17,078 bases of DNA. Source: a bacterium (GTDB lineage: Bacteria > SZUA-182 > DTGQ01 > JAFGSM01). Positions 1 through 8,360 of this stretch are shown in pieces (the first letter of the stretch is position 1; every line of letters begins with the position of its first letter). Location: positions 1 to 17,078 of the forward strand of contig JBLIRO010000095.1 of NCBI GenBank assembly GCA_049472335.1, read 5' to 3'. Below the pieces are notes generated by a model, which was not told the origin of the DNA, did not search any database, and was given only the letters and a program-made list of their open reading frames with translations. Both the position numbers and the translations under genes were made by a program.

Positions 1-312
1 CTTCCGAACATCAGAGTGAAATTGTCCATCTTGCAGATAACGCAGCAATAGTAGCAATGGCCGCATACGGTAGTCGACCCTACCATTTGATGTGACACAC
101 TCGAAACGCTCAAAAAGCTGACCGGTTTTGGCGTACACGTATTCCAGACAGATGTTTTCATCAATCCTGGCAATGCTGTTATCCGACAAATAGCGTTCAA
201 ATACATTGTATGCGTTTTCAAAATTCTTGAGCCTGCCCGGCGACGTTCCCTGCAGTCTCATAGATTCCATGATAGCCAATATGGAATCATGGATGTCTTG
301 ATTTTCTACCAT
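1..312 (-). CDS. 5' part (104 codons, runs off the left edge) of a probable tyrosine recombinase, resembling the first gene of a recombinase-in-trio (RIT) element
   Basis: Hand-translated, absent from the ORF track: MVENQDIHDSILAIMESMRLQGTSPGRLKNFENAYNVFERYLSDNSIARIDENICLEYVYAKTGQLFERFECVTSNGRVDYRMRPLLLLLRYLQDGQFHSDVRK. Frame is open to base 1. RBS GAGGAGG (319-325) lies 6 nt before ATG 312. The L-x-G-x-S...N(F/Y)...F-x-x-YL helical pattern resembles integrase N-terminal core-binding domains. Catalytic residues are outside the window, so the family call is inference. Confidence 0.62.
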   Translation of the reverse strand, partial: MVENQDIHDSILAIMESMRLQGTSPGRLKNFENAYNVFERYLSDNSIARIDENICLEYVYAKTGQLFERFECVTSNGRVDYRMRPLLLLLRYLQDGQFHSDVRK

Positions 313-372
313 AATCATCCTCCTCGTATAGAAATTAATGTTGTTACTTGCTTTACAAGGATGATTATATAG

Positions 373-463
373 AAAATGGTGAGAGTTTTGTTTCTGTTGC
401 CAACCAAATGCCTGAATTCAGTACATCGTTCTCAATCTCTCACCATTTTATATCTCTCACCAT
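373..463. repeat. Element-end repeats: ATCTCTCACCAT at 435-446 and 452-463 (17-bp period), plus inverted copy AAAATGGTGAGAG at 373-385
   Basis: Read directly. 373-385 is the exact 13-bp reverse complement of 437-449 (CTCTCACCATTTT). Confidence 0.9.
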
Positions 464-499
464 AATGGCGAAAATGGGGAGCTCCCCATTTCCGTCATT
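464..499. repeat. Junction palindrome: perfect 20-bp core AAATGGGGAGCTCCCCATTT (472-491), extending to 36 bp with two mismatched pairs
   Basis: Read directly. Centre is 481/482; mismatched pairs are 471/492 and 468/495. Confidence 0.95.
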
Positions 500-678
500 C
501 TTTTGCTACGCATTTATTGATGAGAGGGGTTAATATCCGAAAAATTCAGGATTATCTGGGACATAGAAATCTTGAAACAACAATGATCTATACACATGTT
601 ATTCGTGATATGTCAGAGGAGGCTGAAAGCCCGTTGGATATATTAAAAAGAGAGAGCACAAAAGTAGAAAGGCATTAA
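490..678 (+). pseudogene. intI: 3' fragment of an integron-integrase-like tyrosine recombinase, truncated at the H-x-x-R catalytic motif
   Basis: Hand translation: [62 protein letters not shown]. Contains [10 protein letters not shown], catalytic Tyr in TTMIYTHV, and the C-terminal SPLD typical of IntI rather than XerC/D. An in-frame stop at 463-465 with no start codon before 490 shows truncation. Confidence 0.85.
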
Positions 679-827
679 ATAAAATAGATGGATAATTGGA
701 ATCAAAAAGGCCTGACGGCCATTACAAAGTCGGACTTGGTGGGAGCAGGATTGGCTTGATCTTGTGATGGGAGGCCGTGTGTCAGGAAATTTGTTACGCC
801 GTGCGTGTGCAGTATCGATTTTGATGT

Positions 828-2717
828 CTAATCGGAATTGAGCAATCCCCGGCAGACCTTGACTACTCCATTAGGGTCAAGGTTATAAAGTGAACGGATC
901 TTTTCCTGCGGCCCTGAAGGCGAGAATACGTCCGGGATTCCAATACGTCTGACTTGTATCTTTTCTAATAGGTTTTCCTTGTCCAGCATTTCAAGGACAG
1001 CGCTCCCGAATCCGCCTGCAAGCACGTTTTCTTCAATTGTAAGGATTTTGCTAGTCTTTTTTGCCCATTTGCATATAAGTTCATTATCCAGGGGTTTTAC
1101 AAATCTGGCATTGATAACCGTTGTTTCGATACCTTCATTTGCCAGCATTTCTGCCGCTTTGAAAGCCACCGGCACCATGGAGCCTATTGCCAGCAGAAGA
1201 CACTCTTTGCCTTCCCTCACGATTTCCCCTTTGCCGATGGCGAGAATATCATAAGTTCTCTCCATAGAAGATAAATTCTGAGTGTTCGCCTTTGGATAGC
1301 GTATAGCAGACGGGTGATCACAACCGATGGCTGTGGCGAGCATTTTCCCTAATTCATCCCCGTCTTTTGGTGCCATAACAATCATATTGGGAAGATGCCT
1401 AAGGTATGAAAGGTCGAAGACGCCATTATGCGTAGGCCCGTCACGTCCCACTATGCCCGCTCTGTCAAGGGCCAGGCATACGGGCAGATCCTGAAGACAG
1501 ATATCATGCAGGATCTGGTCATATCCCCTCTGCAGGAAGGTGGAATATATAGCTACTACCGGCTTCAGCCCCTGAGAGGCCATACCTGCGGCAAATGTCA
1601 ATGCATGCTGTTCAGCGATTCCGACATCAAAGAAACGCCCTGGGAATCTTTCCCCGAATTTATCCAATCCTGTGCCTTCCGGCATGGCGGCTGTGATGGC
1701 ACATATACGTGAATCCTGATCTGCAAGATCACAGAGTGCGTTTGAAAAGACCTGGGTAAATGTTGCAGTAGGAGCGCCTTTCCCCTTCTCGAATCTGCCT
1801 GATTCGATGCTGAAAGGTAAAGCGCTATGATATGTGGAAGCATTCTCTTCCGCGGGATGATATCCCTTACCTTTTCTTGTTATGACGTGAAGCAGGATCG
1901 GTCTGTTTAATTTTTTAACTGCGTTCAGAGTCTCTATCAGATTGGGTAAAGAATGACCGTCGATGGGACCGACGTATTTAAATCCTAACTCTTCAAACAT
2001 TATTCCGGGTATAAAGAGTGATTTTACCGCTTCGTCCATCCTGCTTGCAATCTTAAAGATCGATTTTCCCACCTGAGGGATAGAACGTAGTATTGTTTCC
2101 ACATCCTGTTTGATACGATTATAAAGCTGGCCTGTGATGATCCGGTTGAGGTATGTGGCCATTGCGCCTACATTCTTGGATATGGACATTGCGTTGTCAT
2201 TAAGGATCACACAAATATCCTTTTTTAGGGCGCCTGCCTGATTGAGTCCCTCAAATGCCATGCCGCCTGTCATGGCCCCGTCTCCTATTATACATACAAT
2301 CTTATGATTCTTTTGTTGCAGATCCCGGGCTGTTGCCATTCCCAGCCCGGCTGATATGGAAGTGCTGCTGTGGCCCGTATTGAAGCAGTCATAGGGGCTT
2401 TCTTCGCATTTGGGAAATCCGCTTAATCCTCTATATTCTCTAAGGGTACAGAACCTTTCTCTTCTTCCTGTCAGAATTTTATGGGCATAACACTGATGCC
2501 CGACATCCCATATGATTTTGTCTTTTGGACTGTCATAGCAATAATGGAGGGCAATGGAGAGCTCGACAGCGCCCAGACTGGATGCCAGATGTCCGCCTGT
2601 CTTTGATACTGTCGAGATTATGAGCGCCCTGATTTCTTCGGCAAGCTTTGAAAGCTCTGATAAAGATAATTTCTTCAGGTCTTCAGGTGTATCGATCCGG
2701 GATAAGATTCCGTCCAT
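828..2717 (-). CDS. dxs: 1-deoxy-D-xylulose-5-phosphate synthase
   Basis: 629 aa; GGHLASSLG, WDVGHQ, GHSSTSIS, GDGAMTGG (TPP binding), GIAEQH, DRAG motifs. Confidence 0.98.
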   Translation of the reverse strand: MDGILSRIDTPEDLKKLSLSELSKLAEEIRALIISTVSKTGGHLASSLGAVELSIALHYCYDSPKDKIIWDVGHQCYAHKILTGRRERFCTLREYRGLSGFPKCEESPYDCFNTGHSSTSISAGLGMATARDLQQKNHKIVCIIGDGAMTGGMAFEGLNQAGALKKDICVILNDNAMSISKNVGAMATYLNRIITGQLYNRIKQDVETILRSIPQVGKSIFKIASRMDEAVKSLFIPGIMFEELGFKYVGPIDGHSLPNLIETLNAVKKLNRPILLHVITRKGKGYHPAEENASTYHSALPFSIESGRFEKGKGAPTATFTQVFSNALCDLADQDSRICAITAAMPEGTGLDKFGERFPGRFFDVGIAEQHALTFAAGMASQGLKPVVAIYSTFLQRGYDQILHDICLQDLPVCLALDRAGIVGRDGPTHNGVFDLSYLRHLPNMIVMAPKDGDELGKMLATAIGCDHPSAIRYPKANTQNLSSMERTYDILAIGKGEIVREGKECLLLAIGSMVPVAFKAAEMLANEGIETTVINARFVKPLDNELICKWAKKTSKILTIEENVLAGGFGSAVLEMLDKENLLEKIQVRRIGIPDVFSPSGPQEKIRSLYNLDPNGVVKVCRGLLNSD

Positions 2718-2719
2718 TA

Positions 2720-3631
2720 TTATTTCTCACGTGTAATGGTGTAATGCGCAAGCTGCCTTAAGGCATCCGCCCGATGATCAAAATGCCCTATGGCGGCAAG
2801 TGCTTTGTCTATGGATTCCCTGGCCTTTTCTCTTGATTTATGAATCCCCATTATGGCAGGGTAGGTGGATTTATGATTGGTGAGGTCGCTTTTGGATGTT
2901 TTGCCAATAATTTCCTCAACCCCCTCGATATCCAGGAGGTCATCCATTATCTGAAAAGCAAGCCCAAGATGCTTTCCGTATTCCGAGAGTGCTTCCACAT
3001 CGGCTTGCTCGGCCCCTGCCGTCAGGGCGCCAATTTTGGTTGATGCCCTTATAAGACAACCTGTCTTGAGCCTATGGATTGTTGAAAGTTCATCCAGTCC
3101 CAGGGACTTGTTTTGAGCTTCCAGATCCAGGACCTGTCCTCCGATCATCCCCTCCGTTCCGGAGGCCTTTGCAAGCTCATGTATGATCATGATTCGAACG
3201 GTAGGATCCAGATGCTTTGCATATTCGGGATTGCTCATGGTTATAAACGCATGAGTCAAAAGGGCATCTCCTGCCAGAATGGCGATTCCTTCTCCGAAAA
3301 TCTTGTGGCTGGTGGGTTTTCCTCGCCGGAGATCATCATTGTCCATTGCAGGCAGGTCATCGTGGATGAGGGAATATGTATGGATCATTTCGATGGCGCA
3401 GGAAAAGGGGAGCACCGTTTCTTCATCGCCGCCCACCGCTTCCGATGATGCCAGGGCAAGTATGGGCCTCAATCGTTTTCCGCCTGCCATAAGAGAATAG
3501 TGCATGGATTTATGAATGGTAGGCGGGAAGGCATCTTCGGGGGGGATGAGTCGCTCGAGCCAAGAATTGATAGTCTTTTGCCTGACCTCCAGGTATTCTG
3601 ATAAAGAGACTCCGGTTGTCCGATATTCCAT
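2720..3631 (-). CDS. ispA: Farnesyl/geranylgeranyl diphosphate synthase (polyprenyl synthetase)
   Basis: 303 aa; GGKRLRP, SLIHDDLPAMDNDDLRRGKPT, GGQVLD, FQIMDDLLD; lies 2 nt upstream of dxs, the usual ispA-dxs order. Confidence 0.96.
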   Translation of the reverse strand: MEYRTTGVSLSEYLEVRQKTINSWLERLIPPEDAFPPTIHKSMHYSLMAGGKRLRPILALASSEAVGGDEETVLPFSCAIEMIHTYSLIHDDLPAMDNDDLRRGKPTSHKIFGEGIAILAGDALLTHAFITMSNPEYAKHLDPTVRIMIIHELAKASGTEGMIGGQVLDLEAQNKSLGLDELSTIHRLKTGCLIRASTKIGALTAGAEQADVEALSEYGKHLGLAFQIMDDLLDIEGVEEIIGKTSKSDLTNHKSTYPAIMGIHKSREKARESIDKALAAIGHFDHRADALRQLAHYTITREK

Positions 3632-3672
3632 CTAATTATCTATTTTATTATCGTTGCCTTATGTTATTGTAA

Positions 3673-3703
3673 CTTCTCAAAATCCCGGTGGGATCTTGAG
3701 AAG
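3673..3703 (-). terminator. Stem-loop downstream of cimA; possible terminator or mRNA-stabilising hairpin
   Basis: Minus strand CTTCTCAAGATCCC-ACC-GGGATTTTGAGAAG: 14-bp stem whose single mismatch is a G-U pair in this orientation. The following U-tract is poor (TTAC). Confidence 0.5.
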
Positions 3704-3742
3704 ATGCAAATTGCAGTATTACTAATTTTATTTTTGTGATTG

Positions 3743-5335
3743 TTAAGGATTTAAACCTTGATTGGCCAGGTCCTCATCCTTAAGCAGCTTATATTCTATG
3801 CTGTCCACAAGGGCCTGCCAGCTAGCCTCTATAATATTATCCGATACGCCTACTGTGCCCCATTTGTTTTCCGAATCAGAGGATTCTATCAGAACCCTTG
3901 TCCTGGCTCCTGTTCCTTCCCTTCCTTCCAGAATCCGGACCTTATAATCGATCAGATTGACCTCCTTGAGATCAGGATAAAATTCCTCAAGGGCCTTTCT
4001 CAAAGCATTATCCAGGGCATTAACAGGCCCGTTTCCATCGGATGCGGTATGTTCAATTATCCCTCTTACATTCACCTTTATGGTAGCTTCAGAGCGGGTC
4101 TGCTCATCTCCTTCCCTCCGCTCGATAATTACCCTGAAGCCTACAAGGTCAAAAAATTTGCTATAAGTGCCAAGCGCCTTTCTCATTAAAAGCTCAAATG
4201 AAGCCTCCGCGCCTTCAAACTGAAATCCCTCGTGCTCCAGTTCTTTCAGTTCATTAACAAGATTCTTGACTTCGGGTCTTTCAGCGGTCAGATCTATATT
4301 GTATTCCGCTGCTTTGGACAAGACATTGCTTCTTCCCGAAAGCTCGGAAATAAGGATCCTTTGGTGGTTACCGACAAGTTCCGGATCAATGTGCTCATAG
4401 GTCAATTTATTTTTACGAATTGCGCTCACATGGATACCACCTTTATGGGCAAAGGCGCTATCACCCACAAAAGGTTGATGCCCCCAATGTTTTAGATTCG
4501 CGATTTCGCTTACAAAACGGGAGGTCTCCCTGAGCTGTTTCAATTGCTCACTACTGATGCATTCTAATCCCATTTTGATCTGTATATTAGGTATAATGGA
4601 ACATAGATTGGCATTACCGCATCGTTCTCCATATCCATTTATAGTGCCTTGAACATGCCTGACCCCCATCTTGACGGCAATAATAGAATTTGCCACTGCA
4701 ACCTCTGAATCATTGTGGGTGTGGATTCCCAGAGGGGAATTTACCCTGCCTTTGACATCATAGATGATCCGCTCCAGGTCAGAAGGCATTGTGCCGCCAT
4801 TGGTGTCACATAAAACAAGACAATCGGCTCCTGCCTTTTCTGCGGCCATGATTGTTTCTAAGGCATATTCCGGATTTTTTTTATATCCGTCAAAGAAGTG
4901 CTCGGCATCATAAATTACCTCAGATACACGTTCTTTTAAATAAGAGACACTTTCACTGATTATTACCAGGTTTTGTTCCAATGAAATGCTCAGGGCATCG
5001 GTAACGTGAAGGTCCCAGCTTTTTCCGAATATGGTTACAACCTTGGTTTCAGCCTCCAGGAGTCCCTGTATATTCGGGTCTTCCTCTATGCTGAACTTGG
5101 GATTTCTCGTGCTTGAAAAAGCGGCGATTTTGGCATGCGACATTCTATAATCCTTGATCCTCTTGAAAAAAAGCATATCCTTGGGATTCGATGTTGGCCA
5201 CCCGCCTTCGATATAATCTACACCAAGCTCATCAAGCTTACGGGCTATCCTCAATTTGTCCTCGACTGACAGGGATACACCTTCTGACTGGGCACCATCC
5301 CTGAGTGTTGTGTCATATATCAAAACCTTAGACAT
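3743..5335 (-). CDS. cimA: Citramalate synthase (LeuA/CimA family)
   Basis: [50 protein letters not shown]. Start reassigned to MSKVLIYD at 5335 (530 aa), overlapping the lysC stop (ATGTCTAA). Confidence 0.93.
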   Translation of the reverse strand: MSKVLIYDTTLRDGAQSEGVSLSVEDKLRIARKLDELGVDYIEGGWPTSNPKDMLFFKRIKDYRMSHAKIAAFSSTRNPKFSIEEDPNIQGLLEAETKVVTIFGKSWDLHVTDALSISLEQNLVIISESVSYLKERVSEVIYDAEHFFDGYKKNPEYALETIMAAEKAGADCLVLCDTNGGTMPSDLERIIYDVKGRVNSPLGIHTHNDSEVAVANSIIAVKMGVRHVQGTINGYGERCGNANLCSIIPNIQIKMGLECISSEQLKQLRETSRFVSEIANLKHWGHQPFVGDSAFAHKGGIHVSAIRKNKLTYEHIDPELVGNHQRILISELSGRSNVLSKAAEYNIDLTAERPEVKNLVNELKELEHEGFQFEGAEASFELLMRKALGTYSKFFDLVGFRVIIERREGDEQTRSEATIKVNVRGIIEHTASDGNGPVNALDNALRKALEEFYPDLKEVNLIDYKVRILEGREGTGARTRVLIESSDSENKWGTVGVSDNIIEASWQALVDSIEYKLLKDEDLANQGLNP

Positions 5336-5843
5336 TTTTGGCCCCCTGACTTGATTCTGAATGTATTTTGTCCAGCTCGAACACCTCATGCAGGGCCCTG
5401 ACTGCAAGCTCCGTATATTTGGAGTCTATAACACAAGAGATCGCTATCTCGGATGTAGATATCATTAATATATTGATCCCTTCCTTTGCAAGTATATCAA
5501 ACATCTTGGCAGCGACACCGGAATGATTTTTCATCCCCACACCAACAATCGATACCTTTGCAATTTTGTCATCACACTGGATCTCTTTGGCCCCTAGCTC
5601 CTCATTGACCAAATCCCGGATGACTTTGAGGGCCTTCTGGCATTCATTTCTCAGAACTGTGAAGGATATATCAGCGAGTTCCTTTTCGCTTATATTTTGA
5701 ATGATCATGTCCACAACGATATTTGCATCTGCAAGGTGATTGAATATGGTAGCTGCGATTCCTGGTCTGTCAGGCACACCGATAACAGTTAGTTTTGCTT
5801 CATTTTTACTATAGGTTACCCCTTGCACAAGCACTTGTTCCAT
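5328..5843 (-). CDS. Probable in-frame internal aspartate kinase beta subunit (171 aa, MEQVLVQGV...)
   Basis: Internal GGGAGGA-TCCAAAT-ATG at the kinase/ACT domain boundary, matching the known nested arrangement of alpha2beta2 aspartokinases. Confidence 0.7.
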   Translation of the reverse strand: MEQVLVQGVTYSKNEAKLTVIGVPDRPGIAATIFNHLADANIVVDMIIQNISEKELADISFTVLRNECQKALKVIRDLVNEELGAKEIQCDDKIAKVSIVGVGMKNHSGVAAKMFDILAKEGINILMISTSEIAISCVIDSKYTELAVRALHEVFELDKIHSESSQGAKNV

Positions 5844-6584
5844 ATTTGGATCCTCCCTAGTGACAATCGTTCCTTGATTGTCATTAAAACTGGAACGGAC
5901 ATGAATGGGCACGTTATATTTCATGGCGAATTCCACGGCCCTGATCTGTAATACCTTTGCGCCAAGACTGGCCATTTCAAGCATTTCTTCGTATGATATC
6001 CGGTCTATCTTGCGTGCCTCCGGAACAATATTGGGATCTGTGGTAAATACACCGTCCACGTCCGTATATATTTCACATGTATCAGCCTTTAGCGCAGCAG
6101 CCAGGGCAACGGCGGAGGTGTCCGAACCACCGCGGCCCAGGGTGGTGATATCCCCATCTGCTGTTACTCCCTGGAAACCGGCCACAATCAGTATCCTGCC
6201 CCTTTCCAGCTCTTTTATCAATCTCTCTGTAGGAATATCCATAATCCTTGCCTTTGTATGGGCCATGTCCGTGAGGATGTTAGCCTGCGAACCGGTCATG
6301 GATATTGCGGGATGGCTCATGCTCTGGATGGCCATGGCCAGAAGGGCGATCGTGACCTGTTCGCCGGTGGCAAGAAGCATGTCCATCTCACGTTCACTCG
6401 GATTCATGGTGATCTCGTGCGCCATAGTGATCAAATGGTCCGTTTGGCCACTCATGGCCGAGACAACGACAACAACATTGTTGCCGGCATCATGGGTTGT
6501 GCACACACGTTTTGCGACCTTCGTGATCCTTTCGATCGATCCGACAGAGGTGCCTCCGTATTTTTGTACAATGATTTTTTTCAT
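5328..6584 (-). CDS. lysC: Aspartate kinase (alpha subunit)
   Basis: [32 protein letters not shown], two C-terminal ACT domains. Start taken at MKKIIVQK (6584); ATG 6614 is an alternative. Confidence 0.96.
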   Translation of the reverse strand: MKKIIVQKYGGTSVGSIERITKVAKRVCTTHDAGNNVVVVVSAMSGQTDHLITMAHEITMNPSEREMDMLLATGEQVTIALLAMAIQSMSHPAISMTGSQANILTDMAHTKARIMDIPTERLIKELERGRILIVAGFQGVTADGDITTLGRGGSDTSAVALAAALKADTCEIYTDVDGVFTTDPNIVPEARKIDRISYEEMLEMASLGAKVLQIRAVEFAMKYNVPIHVRSSFNDNQGTIVTREDPNMEQVLVQGVTYSKNEAKLTVIGVPDRPGIAATIFNHLADANIVVDMIIQNISEKELADISFTVLRNECQKALKVIRDLVNEELGAKEIQCDDKIAKVSIVGVGMKNHSGVAAKMFDILAKEGINILMISTSEIAISCVIDSKYTELAVRALHEVFELDKIHSESSQGAKNV

Positions 6585-6686
6585 GGTTCTGGTATCACTA
6601 TTCGAGTTTATCAATTATTTGGCTGCTTAAAAATTATATCTGATGGTTTTGTAAAAAGTCAATTTTGATGGAATTATTTTGATAAA

Positions 6687-7901
6687 TTAGACATCCCTTT
6701 TCAAAAAAAAGGCCATGAGTTTTTGTCCGTCCGGAAAGCTTAAACCGCTTTTACCTGCTGTTTCCTCATCAAAATGATCAATATTCTCTTTTAAATGATG
6801 CTGTCCATAAGAAGAAAATATACAAAAGGGAACAGGTTCGCTGGTATGGGTTTTAACGCTCACAGGTGTATAATGATCCGGAAGGATCATGATATTGTGA
6901 TTGGGAAATTTTTTTAAACCATCTATTATTTTGCCTACAACAAGCCGGTCAACATCCTCTACAGCCTGGATTTTGACATTAAAATCTCCAATATGGCCTG
7001 CTTCATCAGGGGCCTCTATGTGTATCAAAATAAAATCGAGATATTCCAGAGCATTGAGGGCATATTCCGCCTTGCCGGCATAATTTGTGTCCAGATAACC
7101 TGTTGCTCCGGGCACGTTGATAACCTCTAAATCGAGATATCTTCCGATCCCTTTCAGAAGATCCACTGCAGAGATGATTCCCCCTTGAAGTTGATATCTA
7201 TCCCGGAACTTAGGCAAGCTTGGACGAGGACCCTGTCCCCAGAGCCAGATACTTGTTGCCGGAGGTTTATTCACCTCTATACGTCTTTTATTTACAGGAT
7301 GCCCTAATAGAAGTTTCTGGGATCTTTCCATAAGGGATATAAGGAAATCAGAGCCAGGACCCTTTGGAAGATGGGGGATGAATTTCTGATCAGAAATATC
7401 ATGGGGCGGGGTGCAGACCGGTGCAACCTCTCCTCCTCTCCAAACCATCAAATGGCGATAACTTGTTCCAGGATAAAAACCCGCATCATCGGCCCCGATT
7501 TTTTGATCCAGAAAACGAATAAGTTCGGCAGCCTCAGCGGTGGAGATATGTCCCGCGCTGAAATCCTTCATCCTTCCATCCTTAAGGGTTACCAGATTGC
7601 AGCGATAGGCAATGTCACCCTCTTCCAGCTCCACGCCGATATTGGCTGCTTCCAGGGGGGCGCGTCCCGTATAATATTTAACTGGATCAAATCCGAGGAC
7701 AGACAGATTTGCCACGTCACTTCCCGCAGGAAAACCTTCAGGAACAGTCTGCACGGTTCCTGTAACACCCTTGGACGCCAGCAGGTCCATATTGGGTATC
7801 CTTGCATTCTGAAGTATGGTCTTCCCTCCGAGTTCTTGGATCGGATAATCACCCATACCATCCGGGACGATTACTACATATCTTGGCCTGTCTATATTCA
7901 T
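6687..7901 (-). CDS. apgM: 2,3-bisphosphoglycerate-independent phosphoglycerate mutase, ApgM (archaeal-type) family
   Basis: 404 aa; DGMGD, GSDVANL (catalytic Ser), YTGRAPLEA, EAPDEAGH, PDH metal-binding motifs. Confidence 0.92.
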   Translation of the reverse strand: MNIDRPRYVVIVPDGMGDYPIQELGGKTILQNARIPNMDLLASKGVTGTVQTVPEGFPAGSDVANLSVLGFDPVKYYTGRAPLEAANIGVELEEGDIAYRCNLVTLKDGRMKDFSAGHISTAEAAELIRFLDQKIGADDAGFYPGTSYRHLMVWRGGEVAPVCTPPHDISDQKFIPHLPKGPGSDFLISLMERSQKLLLGHPVNKRRIEVNKPPATSIWLWGQGPRPSLPKFRDRYQLQGGIISAVDLLKGIGRYLDLEVINVPGATGYLDTNYAGKAEYALNALEYLDFILIHIEAPDEAGHIGDFNVKIQAVEDVDRLVVGKIIDGLKKFPNHNIMILPDHYTPVSVKTHTSEPVPFCIFSSYGQHHLKENIDHFDEETAGKSGLSFPDGQKLMAFFLKRDV

Positions 7902-7992
7902 AATTGTATATCCTTCCGGGCATAATCCCTGATAGCTTTTAATGGTTCAATTTTAATTGGAATCAATTTAGAATAACCAAATATACTCGTTC

Positions 7993-8020
7993 ATCTTACA
8001 TTAATAAGAATTCCTGTCAA
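7993..8020 (-). promoter_or_regulatory. Sigma70-type promoter for apgM-lysC-cimA
   Basis: Minus strand TTGACA (8020-8015), 16-nt spacer, TAAGAT (7998-7993), about 90 nt upstream of apgM. Confidence 0.6.
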
Positions 8021-8072
8021 GCAGAACAGCTTAATGTCATTAGTATATTGGACCTCTTTCAATTCATGCATC

Positions 8073-8096
8073 AAAGTTGTATTAAAAGTTGTATTA
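8073..8096. repeat. Tandem direct repeat AAAGTTGTATTA x2 in the divergent apgM/mltD intergenic region
   Basis: Exact 12-bp duplication at 8073-8084 and 8085-8096. Confidence 0.8.
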
Positions 8097-8360
8097 ATAT
8101 AACGTGGCTTTGCATTATTGATTACTATATGTTAAATATCTTTGAATCTCAATTATAGACATTATTAAATGAAATACATTAAAATTACCTAAAAGATGTT
8201 TTTCAAAGATATTTTTTAGAATTTAACTGGACCCGGACTACTTAATTTATATATAATCCGGTTTTAAAATAGTTTTTTGAATAATCAAGAAGCAAATGAT
8301 TTTAAGATATTTTCCGATAAGCATTTAGAAACTCAAAGTGAATACGGAGGAGCCTAAACT

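Larger units (their letters stand above)
1..489 (-). mobile_element. End of a putative RIT-like tyrosine-recombinase element inserted antisense into an integron-integrase-like gene; continues beyond the left edge
   Basis: Recombinase-like ORF at 1-312, three copies of ATGGTGAGAG (two direct, one inverted), a junction palindrome, and abrupt loss of integrase coding sequence upstream of about 490 (in-frame TAA at 463-465). Confidence 0.6.

Noticed and set aside
373..463. Short repeats as a CRISPR array
   Set aside because: Only 12-13 bp long, 5-nt spacer, mixed orientation, no cas genes in the window.
348..533. 61-aa plus-strand ORF in the track
   Set aside because: TTG start, crosses the element-end repeats and palindrome, and overlaps the real integrase remnant in a different frame.
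688..759. 23-codon ORF MDNWNQKGLTAITKSDLVGAGLA after the integrase stop
   Set aside because: No well-spaced RBS and no recognisable similarity.
679..827. Possible attC/attI site (GTTACGC at 793-799)
   Set aside because: Imperfect GTTRRRY, no upstream RYYYAAC or pairing L boxes, and on the 3' side of intI.
5336..5407. 24-aa N-terminal extension of CimA in the track
   Set aside because: Lies inside lysC; family homology begins at [14 protein letters not shown].
5905..6630. 241-aa antisense ORF, and similar shadow ORFs over dxs, ispA, cimA, apgM, pyrE, argC and the radical SAM genes
   Set aside because: Opposite-strand or off-frame shadows of well-conserved genes with no motifs of their own.
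8293..8320. Sigma28-like promoter (CAAA...TCCGATAA) before mltD
   Set aside because: Both boxes deviate from TAAA-N15-GCCGATAA and the spacing is one base long; too weak in AT-rich DNA.
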